DNA from: a virus
Lineage: Duplodnaviria > Caudoviricetes
Virus record (IMG/VR): IMGVR_UViG_3300024996_000126
Span: 1-45,017 of that record
DNA: 45,017 nucleotides
Strand: one strand, 5' to 3'
The notes beneath the pieces were generated by a model that searched no databases, was not told where the DNA came from, and worked only from the letters and a program-made list of their open reading frames with translations. Below, one piece after another: positions 15,286-23,309 of this stretch (positions are counted from its first letter, which is position 1; each line of letters starts with the position of its first letter). The position numbers were made by a program, and so were the translations under genes.

Positions 15286-15847
15286 TCTGTCGCAGACCCT
15301 GATCGGAATCCTCCGCGAGGAGATCGCCGAATACCGCCGCGCGCACCGCCTGTCGCGCGAGACCGTCGCCGCGGCTGTCGTCGAGGCCCACGAGGCCCTG
15401 GGCGCCGACGCGTCAACCGGCATCCGGTTCGAGCCCAAGACGCTCGACGCCTTCGAGCGCACCAAGGTCAACGCTGACCGCGTCTTTCGCTGGCTCGACG
15501 ACAGCACGAAGGACGCCAACCTGCTGCCAGCGAACTTCCTGGTGTCGCTGCTGGCCGGCCTGCCAGACGACGTCCGGCGGCGCGCGCTCGATCGCATCCT
15601 GCTGCCGCTGGGCTTTGCCGCCCGGGCTCTCGGTGAAGAGCAGGGCAGCGCGCCGGTGTCGGCCGGCGGTGTCGCCGCCCTCATCCGTGAGCAGAGCGAA
15701 GCCGCGGCCGCTGCCACCAGCCTGCTGGGTGAGCACGGCCCGGCCGCCCTGGCCGACGCCCGCCGCGAAGTCGCTGAGGCCGTGGACATGGGCCAACGCG
15801 TTCTGGAGCAGATCGAAGCGCAGATGGCGGCGGAGGCGAGGGGATGA
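15278..15847 (+). CDS. CII-like phage regulatory protein
   Basis: Position between cro and replication genes; NADRVFRWLDD..KDANLLPANF; GGAG RBS. Confidence 0.6.
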   Translation: MRSLSQTLIGILREEIAEYRRAHRLSRETVAAAVVEAHEALGADASTGIRFEPKTLDAFERTKVNADRVFRWLDDSTKDANLLPANFLVSLLAGLPDDVRRRALDRILLPLGFAARALGEEQGSAPVSAGGVAALIREQSEAAAAATSLLGEHGPAALADARREVAEAVDMGQRVLEQIEAQMAAEARG

Positions 15848-16122
15848 CTACTCGGCCCCCCGTGATTCGAGCAGATGACGCACTTCGGCGCGCGCCTCCT
15901 CCATTGCAACGTCCCTGGTGGGTGCATATTCCTCGCAATTTTTGTACCCCTTCCCGGGCACAGAAACGTACCAAGACCAATGCCTCGTGCCGATGCGCTG
16001 GAGCTGAATGTGGCGGTCGAGTTCTTCGTTCTGAATGCTCATTTTTGAGTCCGTTTTCAAGGTTTGACGTCCTCAAAATATCGCGTCACGACCGGATTCT
16101 TGCAAGCGGGGGAGTGGTATGA
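15844..16122 (+). CDS. Putative bridge ORF over antisense gene 15848-16042
   Basis: ATGA overlaps at both ends; not codon-aligned with the antisense gene. Confidence 0.35.
   Translation: MTTRPPVIRADDALRRAPPPLQRPWWVHIPRNFCTPSRAQKRTKTNASCRCAGAECGGRVLRSECSFLSPFSRFDVLKISRHDRILASGGVV
15848..16042 (-). CDS. 64-aa hypothetical protein, antisense moron
   Basis: MSIQNEELDRHIQLQRIGTRHWSWYVSV...TRDVAMEEARAEV; AT-richer sequence. Confidence 0.55.
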   Translation of the reverse strand: MSIQNEELDRHIQLQRIGTRHWSWYVSVPGKGYKNCEEYAPTRDVAMEEARAEVRHLLESRGAE

Positions 16123-16712
16123 AGTGGACCGAACGTACCATCGCCGCGGCCCTCGCCCAGCAGACCTTCAACCGCAAGTACCTGGTCGTGGTCCCCAACT
16201 GCAACTGGACGGGCTACGAGGCCGACATCCTAGCCGTCACCGAGAACCTGCGGCTGATCGACGTCGAGATCAAGATCAGCCGCGCCGACCTGCGGGCCGA
16301 CGCCCGGAAGGACAAGTGGTGGCGCCACGAGAATGTCGGGTCACCGCTTCGCCTAGAAGACTTCGACGCCAGCGGCCGGCTCGTCCGCCGCCGACACGCA
16401 TACGCCCAGCAGTTCGAGCTGCGCACGTGGCCGCGCCGGGTCTGGAAGCACTACTACGCGCTGCCCGCCGAGATCTGGACCGATGACTTGCTGCCCGCCC
16501 TGGGCTCCGAGGCCTCCGGCGTCCTGCTGCTCAGCGATACCGGGCACGGACTGCAAATCCGCTGCAGGCGGCCGGCCAAGCCGTGCCGTGACGCCGAGAA
16601 GATCAGCCCGGCTGCCGCCGTCCATGTCGCCCGTCTGGCCAGCCTGCGCATGTGGGACGCCTATCAGAAGCTCGACGGGCTGGTCGCAAAGAATGAGGCG
16701 GTGACCGCATGA
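16119..16712 (+). CDS. MmcB-like PD-(D/E)xK nuclease-fold protein
   Basis: EADILAV...DVEIKISRADLRADARKDKW, YYALP. Confidence 0.75.
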   Translation: MKWTERTIAAALAQQTFNRKYLVVVPNCNWTGYEADILAVTENLRLIDVEIKISRADLRADARKDKWWRHENVGSPLRLEDFDASGRLVRRRHAYAQQFELRTWPRRVWKHYYALPAEIWTDDLLPALGSEASGVLLLSDTGHGLQIRCRRPAKPCRDAEKISPAAAVHVARLASLRMWDAYQKLDGLVAKNEAVTA

Positions 16713-17905
16713 CAGGCCTACCTGACCCCCTGACGCCCGCCGACTGCAACCTGCGCGGCATGCCATTCATGCCGTTGGACACAGAGCGGCTCCTGGACAG
16801 CGACATGATGGCGCTGTCCACCGGCGAGGAATTCAAGACGGCGTTGCGCTTGTGGTGCAAGTCCTGGAATCAGGAGCCCGCCGCCTCGCTGCCTGACGAC
16901 GATCGCATTCTGGCGCACCTGGCCGGCAAGGAGCCGGCGGCGTGGCGCAAGGTCAAGGACGTGGCGCTGCGCGGCTTCATCAAGTGCGGCGACGGGCGTC
17001 TGTACCACCCCGTCATCGCCGAGAAGGCACTGGAGGCCTGGGGCGCACGCGAGGCTTTCCAGGCCAAGAAAGAGGGCGACAACGACCGCAAGAAAGAGGA
17101 ACGCGAAGACCGCCGGATGCTGTTCGCCGCCCTGCGTGACATCGGCGTGATCCTGCCGGCGAAAGGCACTCCCACATCGCACCTGCGCAAGGTCGCGGCG
17201 TCACACGGAATCCAGATAGTCGTCACGGAGGGTCACAAGGTTGTCACTGTGACACCAGGCGGAAGTCACAAGGAAAGTCACAGCGGTGTCACGGCTAAGA
17301 CAGGGACAGGGACAGGGACAGTAAAAGAAAAGGGAGCGGCGGCGGCACCTCCCCCGCGTGCGTACGTACCTGCGCCCGCGCACGAGGACCCGCCGCCCGC
17401 CGCGCCGCCTGGCATCCCGGAAGTCCCTGTCGAACCCCAGGAGCCGCCGGCGACGATCCCCGACGAAGCACCCCGGCGAGCCACGCAGATCGCCGTGCTG
17501 CTGCGCCGCAACGGCGCCGATCCCCGGACCTTGCCCAACGACCGGCGTATCGCTGACTGGGCGCGGGACGGCGTAGCCGACGCCGAGGTGCTGCTGGCCC
17601 TGGAAACCGCGAAGGAGCGCCGCAAGGCTCAGGGCAGCGACCAGCCCATCGGCACCGCCTACCTGGCGCCGATCATCGCCGACCTGCGGGCTGCGCCGCC
17701 GGAGACTGGGGCCAGCAAGCCTGCCGCCGCATCCAAGCCCTGGCCCTGCAGCTGGTCGGGAATCGTGGCTAAGGGCGCTGAGTTGGGGCTGGCCCAGGGA
17801 GTGGACGAGCTGGCGCCGGAATTCAAAGTCCGCGTTTTTGCCGCCGCGGACCTGACCGACGACGAGCGTTCCCGGCTGCGCGCCGACTACGGGGTGAGCG
17901 TATGA
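16709..17905 (+). CDS. Replication initiator (DUF1376/YdaU-like, lambda O analogue)
   Basis: FMPLDTERLLDSD...LWCKSW.Q.PAASLPDDDRILA...GRLYHP; internal iterons. Confidence 0.85.
   Translation: MTGLPDPLTPADCNLRGMPFMPLDTERLLDSDMMALSTGEEFKTALRLWCKSWNQEPAASLPDDDRILAHLAGKEPAAWRKVKDVALRGFIKCGDGRLYHPVIAEKALEAWGAREAFQAKKEGDNDRKKEEREDRRMLFAALRDIGVILPAKGTPTSHLRKVAASHGIQIVVTEGHKVVTVTPGGSHKESHSGVTAKTGTGTGTVKEKGAAAAPPPRAYVPAPAHEDPPPAAPPGIPEVPVEPQEPPATIPDEAPRRATQIAVLLRRNGADPRTLPNDRRIADWARDGVADAEVLLALETAKERRKAQGSDQPIGTAYLAPIIADLRAAPPETGASKPAAASKPWPCSWSGIVAKGAELGLAQGVDELAPEFKVRVFAAADLTDDERSRLRADYGVSV
17200..17335. repeat. Iteron array / probable origin of replication
   Basis: GTCAC at 17200, 17222, 17232, 17243, 17265, 17277, 17288 plus inverted GTGAC at 17249; then (GACAGG)3 and an A-rich tract. 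Confidence 0.75.
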
Positions 17906-18153
17906 CCCCCACACCCGTCCAATGCATCAACTGCACGCGCTTCAGTCTGCGCGGCCACACCGGCATGGCCAGCCAAGGCTACGGCCAATGCGCGCTGGCC
18001 GCCGGCGCCGGGCACTTCGAAAGCGCCGTCTTCCAGCGCCACTGCGCGGACTTCGAAGCGGTGGCGGCTGACGTCGCCGAGCGCCGCCGGCAGTGGCTCG
18101 ACGCCAAGCAAAAAACCTTTCACGAAGCCATCGAACGGAGCAAAGCACCATGA
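17902..18153 (+). CDS. Small Cys-containing hypothetical protein
   Basis: CINC...GQC...RHC..F; ATGA coupling. Confidence 0.7.
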   Translation: MTPTPVQCINCTRFSLRGHTGMASQGYGQCALAAGAGHFESAVFQRHCADFEAVAADVAERRRQWLDAKQKTFHEAIERSKAP

Positions 18154-18680
18154 CTTTTCATGACCAACCGACGAGCATGCAAGACCTGGCGTTCCCGCGC
18201 GCCGGGCAGGGCAGGGGTGATACCGGGGCGATACCCCGGGCGGCCGGCACGGTCCAGTTCTTCGTCCCCGGCAAGCCCCAGGGCAAGGGCCGGCCCCGCG
18301 CCGTCGCCCGCGGCAAGTTCGTGCGCATGTACACGCCGGAGAAGACGGCCAGCTACGAGTCCACGGTCGCGCTGGCAGCCAGCCAGGCCATGGCAGGCCG
18401 CCCGCCCATCGAAGGCCCCGTGGTGGCCACCCTGTTCATCGCGCTGCCCATCCCGACGTCCTGGTCGAAGAAGAAGCAGGCCCAGGCCCTGGCCGACGAG
18501 CTGCTGCCCATCACGAAACCGGATTCGGATAACGTCGTGAAAGCCGTGTTCGACGCCATCAACGGCGTGGTGTGGGCCGACGACACCCAGGTGGTCGATC
18601 ACACGGCGAAGAAGCGCTACCGGGGCCGGCCCGGTGTCTCGGTCACGATTTCGCCGATCAACGCCCAGGAGGCCCGCTGA
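18150..18680 (+). CDS. rusA: RusA-family Holliday junction resolvase
   Basis: PQGKGRPR, TKPDSDNVVKAVFDAINGVVWADDTQVV. Confidence 0.92.
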   Translation: MTFHDQPTSMQDLAFPRAGQGRGDTGAIPRAAGTVQFFVPGKPQGKGRPRAVARGKFVRMYTPEKTASYESTVALAASQAMAGRPPIEGPVVATLFIALPIPTSWSKKKQAQALADELLPITKPDSDNVVKAVFDAINGVVWADDTQVVDHTAKKRYRGRPGVSVTISPINAQEAR

Positions 18681-19057
18681 TGCCCTACACCCCAGCCCAG
18701 CGCCAGGCCCTGAACGAGGCCAAATCCCGCATCGCTGTCGCCCTGACCGCCGCCGGCGTGCCCAGCATGTTCTGCGACACCATGGCGGACCTGCGCACCC
18801 GGGCGCGGCGCGTCTTCGGGCCGCCTCTGAACGGCGAGACGAACACCGAATACTTCAACCGCGTGGCCGACCTGAAGCCGCGGGCGAAGGCCGCGACCAC
18901 CGGCCAGGTTGTGGTGCCGAGGGTCAACCAGCCGCTGAGGATCCGGCCGTGGCGGCCGACGCCGCATCTGAGGGCGGCAGAAATCGATGCGCTGCCGACG
19001 CCGGTCAGCATGAGCGGGCGGGTGAAGTCGTACGTTGGGTTCGAGGAGCGGAAGTGA
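18680..19057 (+). CDS. Hypothetical protein
   Basis: TGATG coupling; AGGAGG RBS. Confidence 0.65.
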   Translation: MPYTPAQRQALNEAKSRIAVALTAAGVPSMFCDTMADLRTRARRVFGPPLNGETNTEYFNRVADLKPRAKAATTGQVVVPRVNQPLRIRPWRPTPHLRAAEIDALPTPVSMSGRVKSYVGFEERK

Positions 19058-19059
19058 CG

Positions 19060-19425
19060 ATGGAAGATCGCCCGCTGAGCGGACACGACCTGCTGTGGAA
19101 CTGGGCGCGCTGGTGCTGGACTGGCGAGACGCCGGGCAACATGCAGCGCTACGTGCCGCAGGAAGACGATCACCGGCCCATCATGGTCGATCACGCCCTG
19201 GCCGTGCAGGCCTTGTACGAACGCCTGCCGCGGCACCAGGCCATGGTGATCCAGGCCGAGTACACACGGAAGAACAGCTGGTTCGGACAACTGTCGGCTG
19301 ACGGCCGGCGCACGATGGCCAGGCGCTGGATCCAGGAAGTGACGGGTGCCGTGCTGCGCCAGGAGGATTACACGCGGCTGCTGGAGGTGTTCCAGATGAA
19401 GGTGGAGAAGGAGATTTGGCGGTGA
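19060..19425 (+). CDS. Late antiterminator Q-like protein
   Basis: LLWNWARW start, HALAVQALYERLP...VIQAEY; position at the end of the early operon. Confidence 0.6.
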   Translation: MEDRPLSGHDLLWNWARWCWTGETPGNMQRYVPQEDDHRPIMVDHALAVQALYERLPRHQAMVIQAEYTRKNSWFGQLSADGRRTMARRWIQEVTGAVLRQEDYTRLLEVFQMKVEKEIWR

Positions 19426-19703
19426 AGTATGCGAACGAAGTGATCGAGCTGATGGAGGCCTACCCGATGCGCTCGTTTAGAGTAGGGGAGCTCGTCAGGC
19501 ACGTCACGAAAGGGCGGCCGTTGACCGTTCCGCAGAAGGCTGCCGCACGGAAGGCCGTAAAGCGGGTGATGGACGCGCTCGTTGAGCATGATGCGGTGTT
19601 GCTGGTGCGGGCTGCGGAGGTGTCCGGGGCTGCTGCTGAGTACTCCGTGTCTCGCTTGCGGGACATCGGGTCTGGAAAAGCGGGACAGAAAGCGAGACAA
19701 TAG
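19422..19703 (+). CDS. Small winged-helix-like protein
   Basis: KYANEVIELMEAYPMRSFRVGELVRHV...AVKRVMDAL; GTGA coupling. Confidence 0.65.
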   Translation: MKYANEVIELMEAYPMRSFRVGELVRHVTKGRPLTVPQKAAARKAVKRVMDALVEHDAVLLVRAAEVSGAAAEYSVSRLRDIGSGKAGQKARQ

Positions 19704-19727
19704 CGGTGGGCAAGTTGCGCCCTGAAC

Positions 19728-19763
19728 AAAAGAATCCCCGCTCACGGCGGGGATGTTTCATTT
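19728..19763. terminator. Probable bidirectional terminator (tR'-like)
   Basis: AAAAGA-ATCCCCGC-TCACG-GCGGGGAT-GTTTCATTT between converging genes. Confidence 0.7.
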
Positions 19764-19975
19764 CAGGGTTTCTCTTTAGCGTCTCCATACGGAGACTGGT
19801 TGGTTGGCTTTAGTGAGACACCTTCGTCCGATGCCTTGGCATAAATCGCGTCTTCTGTTCTGCCCAGCTTTAGGCCAATTACTCGTGTAGGAGTATTTTC
19901 CTTGGCGAGGCTCTTCAGCGCTTTGACATCATCAGACGTCCAGCGCTTTCCTGAATTGCGTGTGCTTTTGGTCAT
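19763..19975 (-). CDS. 70-aa Myb/HTH-like small protein, antisense moron
   Basis: RNSGKRWTSDDVKALKSLAKENTPTRVIGLKLGRTEDAIYAKAS; GGGAG RBS. Confidence 0.75.
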   Translation of the reverse strand: MTKSTRNSGKRWTSDDVKALKSLAKENTPTRVIGLKLGRTEDAIYAKASDEGVSLKPTNQSPYGDAKEKP

Positions 19976-20160
19976 ATAGTCTCCCTGGTAAATCGCTGGT
20001 GTAGGAACTAGTAACATACCACCACCCCACCCAGTTGTCTCCTCATCAGCCGCCGCTGCTTTTCGCGCCCCACTGAGCCGAGAGATTCGCGGGGCGCATG
20101 AATGTGGCATAGTTAACCTTCCAGCCGTCAGTTAACCGGCGTGACTAAAAAGGAGGGGTA

Positions 20161-20457
20161 ATGGTAAAGATAGTTTCAGCCGCTGAGGGAGACGCGAACG
20201 CTATGATGCGCGACAACGTAGATTTGCCGGACGTCGAAATAAAAGGCGATCAGGTTGTTGTGCGCTTTCGAAGCTTGTCGCCATTCAATCAAGCGGTCAA
20301 GGAGCACAGGGTTGAGTTCTCCTTCGCAAGCTTGATCGATAAGGGGATGATTCGACTCTTACAGGAATACTCCAAAGAGGATGCAATCAAGCAAAAGGAT
20401 GCTCTGGTTAGCGCGCTGAAAAATGCCGCCGAGAAAGTTGGCTCGTTAGAGCTGTAA
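20161..20457 (+). CDS. 98-aa hypothetical moron protein
   Basis: AAGGAGG RBS, AT-richer, own terminator. Confidence 0.7.
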   Translation: MVKIVSAAEGDANAMMRDNVDLPDVEIKGDQVVVRFRSLSPFNQAVKEHRVEFSFASLIDKGMIRLLQEYSKEDAIKQKDALVSALKNAAEKVGSLEL

Positions 20458-20473
20458 GTCGATAGAAAAATAC

Positions 20474-20498
20474 AGCCGCCTTCGGGCGGTTTTTTATT
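20474..20498 (+). terminator. Intrinsic terminator
   Basis: GCCGCC-TTCG-GGCGGT followed by TTTTTATT. Confidence 0.85.
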
Positions 20499-20501
20499 GC
20501 C

Positions 20502-21125
20502 ATGGACAAAATCACCCGCCCTGTGCCGCTTTTGGGGATGCTGGAGGATGGCCTGTTCGATATGATCCTGGCGCCGGCGGCGAACGTTGCGGCCTGGGCT
20601 CAGGAAACCATCCTGGCCGAAGATGGCCCCCTTCACAATCCAGACCACACCCACTTGCTGGACGCCGACATCGGCTTCCTCTGGGCGTCGTCAGCCTTCG
20701 CCAAGCGCGGCCGCACGGTAATCGGGCAGGCCGAGCCGGTCATGATCCGCGCCGGTGGCTGGCAGAAGGCGCGGCAGGAGCAGCAGCTACGCGAGTGGTT
20801 CGGCCGTGTGCCGGATTTCCTGATTACCCTGGCCGCGGACTACTGCGCCCAGTGCAGCGACACCGAGTTCTGCGCGCTGGTTGAGCACGAGCTCTACCAC
20901 ATCGGCCAGGAGCAGGATGAATTCGGCGCGCCCAAGTTCACCAAGGACGGCATGCCGAAGCTGGTGCTGCGCGGCCATGATGTCGAGGAGTTTGTCGGCG
21001 TGGTCCGGCGCTATGGCGCCAGCGCCCAGGTCGCCCAGATGATCGAGGCGGCCGAGCGACCTGCAGAAGTATCCGGCGCCAGCATCGCGCATGCGTGCGG
21101 CACGTGCTTGATGGCGGCGGCCTGA
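20502..21125 (+). CDS. Putative phage metallopeptidase
   Basis: ALVEHELYHI (HExxH), LRGHDVEEFVGVVRRYG; C-terminal CGTC. Confidence 0.85.
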   Translation: MDKITRPVPLLGMLEDGLFDMILAPAANVAAWAQETILAEDGPLHNPDHTHLLDADIGFLWASSAFAKRGRTVIGQAEPVMIRAGGWQKARQEQQLREWFGRVPDFLITLAADYCAQCSDTEFCALVEHELYHIGQEQDEFGAPKFTKDGMPKLVLRGHDVEEFVGVVRRYGASAQVAQMIEAAERPAEVSGASIAHACGTCLMAAA

Positions 21126-21142
21126 CCAGATAGGAATTCAAC

Positions 21143-21610
21143 ATGGCAACGCTCAACGATGCGGCCAAGCGCTTCATCGTGCAAGCGCTGGCCTGCTACG
21201 ACACCCCCAGCGAGGTATCCGCCGCCATCAAGGACGAAATGGGCCTGGACGTGGCTCGCACCCAAGTCGCCCAGTACGACCCCACGAAGGTGGCCGGAGC
21301 CAAGCTGTCGCAGAAGTGGCGCGACCTGTTCGACGAAACCCGCAAGAAGTTCCGCGAGGCTGTGGCCGAGATCCCCATCGCGGACCAGGCCTTCCGCCTG
21401 CGGTCCCTGGGCAAGATCTACGACCGGCACATGGCGCGCGGCAACGTGGTGGCCGCGGCGGCCGTGCTCGAGCAGGCCGCCAAGGAGCAGGGCGGCATGT
21501 TCACGAATAAACGTGAGGTGAGCGGGCCGAACGGCGGCCCCATCCAGCAGGTCACCATGGACAAAGACGAATTCGCATCGATCGCGCAGGAGATGCTGAA
21601 AAAGGTGTGA
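21143..21610 (+). CDS. terS: Terminase small subunit (DUF2280-like)
   Basis: FIVQALACYDTPSEV, YDPTK, LEQAAKE.GG.FTN, EVSGPNGGPIQ; precedes TerL. Confidence 0.85.
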   Translation: MATLNDAAKRFIVQALACYDTPSEVSAAIKDEMGLDVARTQVAQYDPTKVAGAKLSQKWRDLFDETRKKFREAVAEIPIADQAFRLRSLGKIYDRHMARGNVVAAAAVLEQAAKEQGGMFTNKREVSGPNGGPIQQVTMDKDEFASIAQEMLKKV

Positions 21611-21614
21611 CGCC

Positions 21615-23084
21615 ATGCAGTTCAACGACCTATCCGACGAGGAGCGGTTCGTTGGGCGCGCGCTGGCCAGGGAGGACCTGTACTACTTCTCGCGGTACAT
21701 GTTCCTGGCGCGGCGCAACTTCCCGTGGCTGCGCGGGGACCACCACCAGGTCATCTGTGATGCGCTGATGCGCGTCTACCGGGGCGAGTGCAAGCGGCTC
21801 ATCATCAACGTGCCGCCGCGGTACTCGAAGACCGAGCTGGCTGTCGTCAATTTCATGGCCTGGGCGCTGGGTCTACACCCGGACGCCGAGTTCATCCACA
21901 CCAGTTATGCGGCGACTCTCGCCGTGCAGAACGCCGCCAACGCCCGCGAGCTGGTCAAGCACGAGGAATACCAGCAGATCTTCCCGGGCGTCGGTATCCG
22001 AGCCGACAGCAACGCCAAGGGCGACTGGCGCACGACGGTCGGTGGCGTGGTCTACGCGGCGGGCTCGGGCGGCACCATCACCGGCTTTGGGGCAGGGAAG
22101 GCGCGGCCCGGCTTTGGCGGCGCCATCATCATCGATGACCCGCACAAGCCCGACGAGGCGACGTCCGACGTCATCCGCAAGGGTGTCATCGACTGGTTCC
22201 AGAACACCCTGGAGTCGCGGCGCAACAGTCCGGACACGCCGATCATCGTCATCATGCAGCGCCTGCATGAGGAGGACCTGGCGGGCTGGCTGCTGGCCGG
22301 CGGCAACGGCGAGGCCTGGGAGCATGTCTGCCTTGAGGCGCTGATCGACGAGGACCAGCCCACCGAGCGCGCGCTGTGGCCGGCCAAGCACACGGTGGCC
22401 GATCTCAAGCGCCTGAAGCGGGCCAATGCCTACGTCTTCAGCGGCCAGATGCAGCAGCGGCCCACGCCCCAGGGCGGCGCCATCATCAAGGGCGCCTGGT
22501 TCCCGCGCTACCGCGCGGTGCCACCGCTCAAGTGGCGGGCGGCCTACGTGGACACGGCCCAGAAGGCCAAGGAGCACAACGACTACACAGTCTTCCTGCA
22601 CGCCGGCATGGGCGAGGATGGCCGCGTGTACCTGCTCGATTGTGTGCGCGCCAAGCTGGATGCCGTCGCGCTCGAGCAGACGGCCCGCGACGTGTGGGCG
22701 AAGTGGAAGCAGGCCGCCTCCTACCAGCGCACGGCCTTCCGGTATTTCGCCATCGAGGACAAGTCCAGCGGCACCGGCCTTATCCAGCAGCTGAAGACCA
22801 AGCACCACATCCCGGTCAAGGAGCTGCAGCGCCTGCGCGGCCAGGACAAGTACAGCCGCGTGATGGACATCCAGGGCCACCTGGAAAGCGGCTTCGTGGC
22901 GCTGCCCGAGGACGCGCCTTGGGTGGCGGATTTCGTGGCCGAGTGCGAGGCCTTCACGGCAACCGACAGCCACAAGCACGACGACCAGGTCGACACCCTG
23001 GCTGACTGCGCGGCGGACATGCTGGGCGGAGGCCTCCAGGCCGTTGGCCTCATGATCCCAAAACGCCTCTTGAAAGGCAGGTAA
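21615..23084 (+). CDS. terL: Terminase large subunit
   Basis: NVPPRYSKT Walker A, IIIDDPHK Walker B, IMQRLH, DTA, HDDQVD nuclease motifs. Confidence 0.96.
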   Translation: MQFNDLSDEERFVGRALAREDLYYFSRYMFLARRNFPWLRGDHHQVICDALMRVYRGECKRLIINVPPRYSKTELAVVNFMAWALGLHPDAEFIHTSYAATLAVQNAANARELVKHEEYQQIFPGVGIRADSNAKGDWRTTVGGVVYAAGSGGTITGFGAGKARPGFGGAIIIDDPHKPDEATSDVIRKGVIDWFQNTLESRRNSPDTPIIVIMQRLHEEDLAGWLLAGGNGEAWEHVCLEALIDEDQPTERALWPAKHTVADLKRLKRANAYVFSGQMQQRPTPQGGAIIKGAWFPRYRAVPPLKWRAAYVDTAQKAKEHNDYTVFLHAGMGEDGRVYLLDCVRAKLDAVALEQTARDVWAKWKQAASYQRTAFRYFAIEDKSSGTGLIQQLKTKHHIPVKELQRLRGQDKYSRVMDIQGHLESGFVALPEDAPWVADFVAECEAFTATDSHKHDDQVDTLADCAADMLGGGLQAVGLMIPKRLLKGR

Positions 23085-23309
23085 ATGCCCATTTTCCGAG
23101 TATTCGCGCGAGACAACAGCGTCTCGCTGGTGATCCGTGCGCGCTGCATTTCCTGCGCCCGCCAGATCGCAGCCGAGCGCAGCCCGGCCGACGAGTTCGC
23201 GCTGTGGTCCGACCCCCAGCAATCCGGCGTCGAGTGGATCAGCAACCCCGAAGCTCAGGGCTACCTGACCGAGGGCCGCGCCGGCATCATCAAACGGATT
23301 TCAGCATGA
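23085..23309 (+). CDS. 74-aa hypothetical protein
   Basis: VIRARCISCARQIA; fills the terL-portal gap and is coupled to the portal. Confidence 0.6.
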   Translation: MPIFRVFARDNSVSLVIRARCISCARQIAAERSPADEFALWSDPQQSGVEWISNPEAQGYLTEGRAGIIKRISA

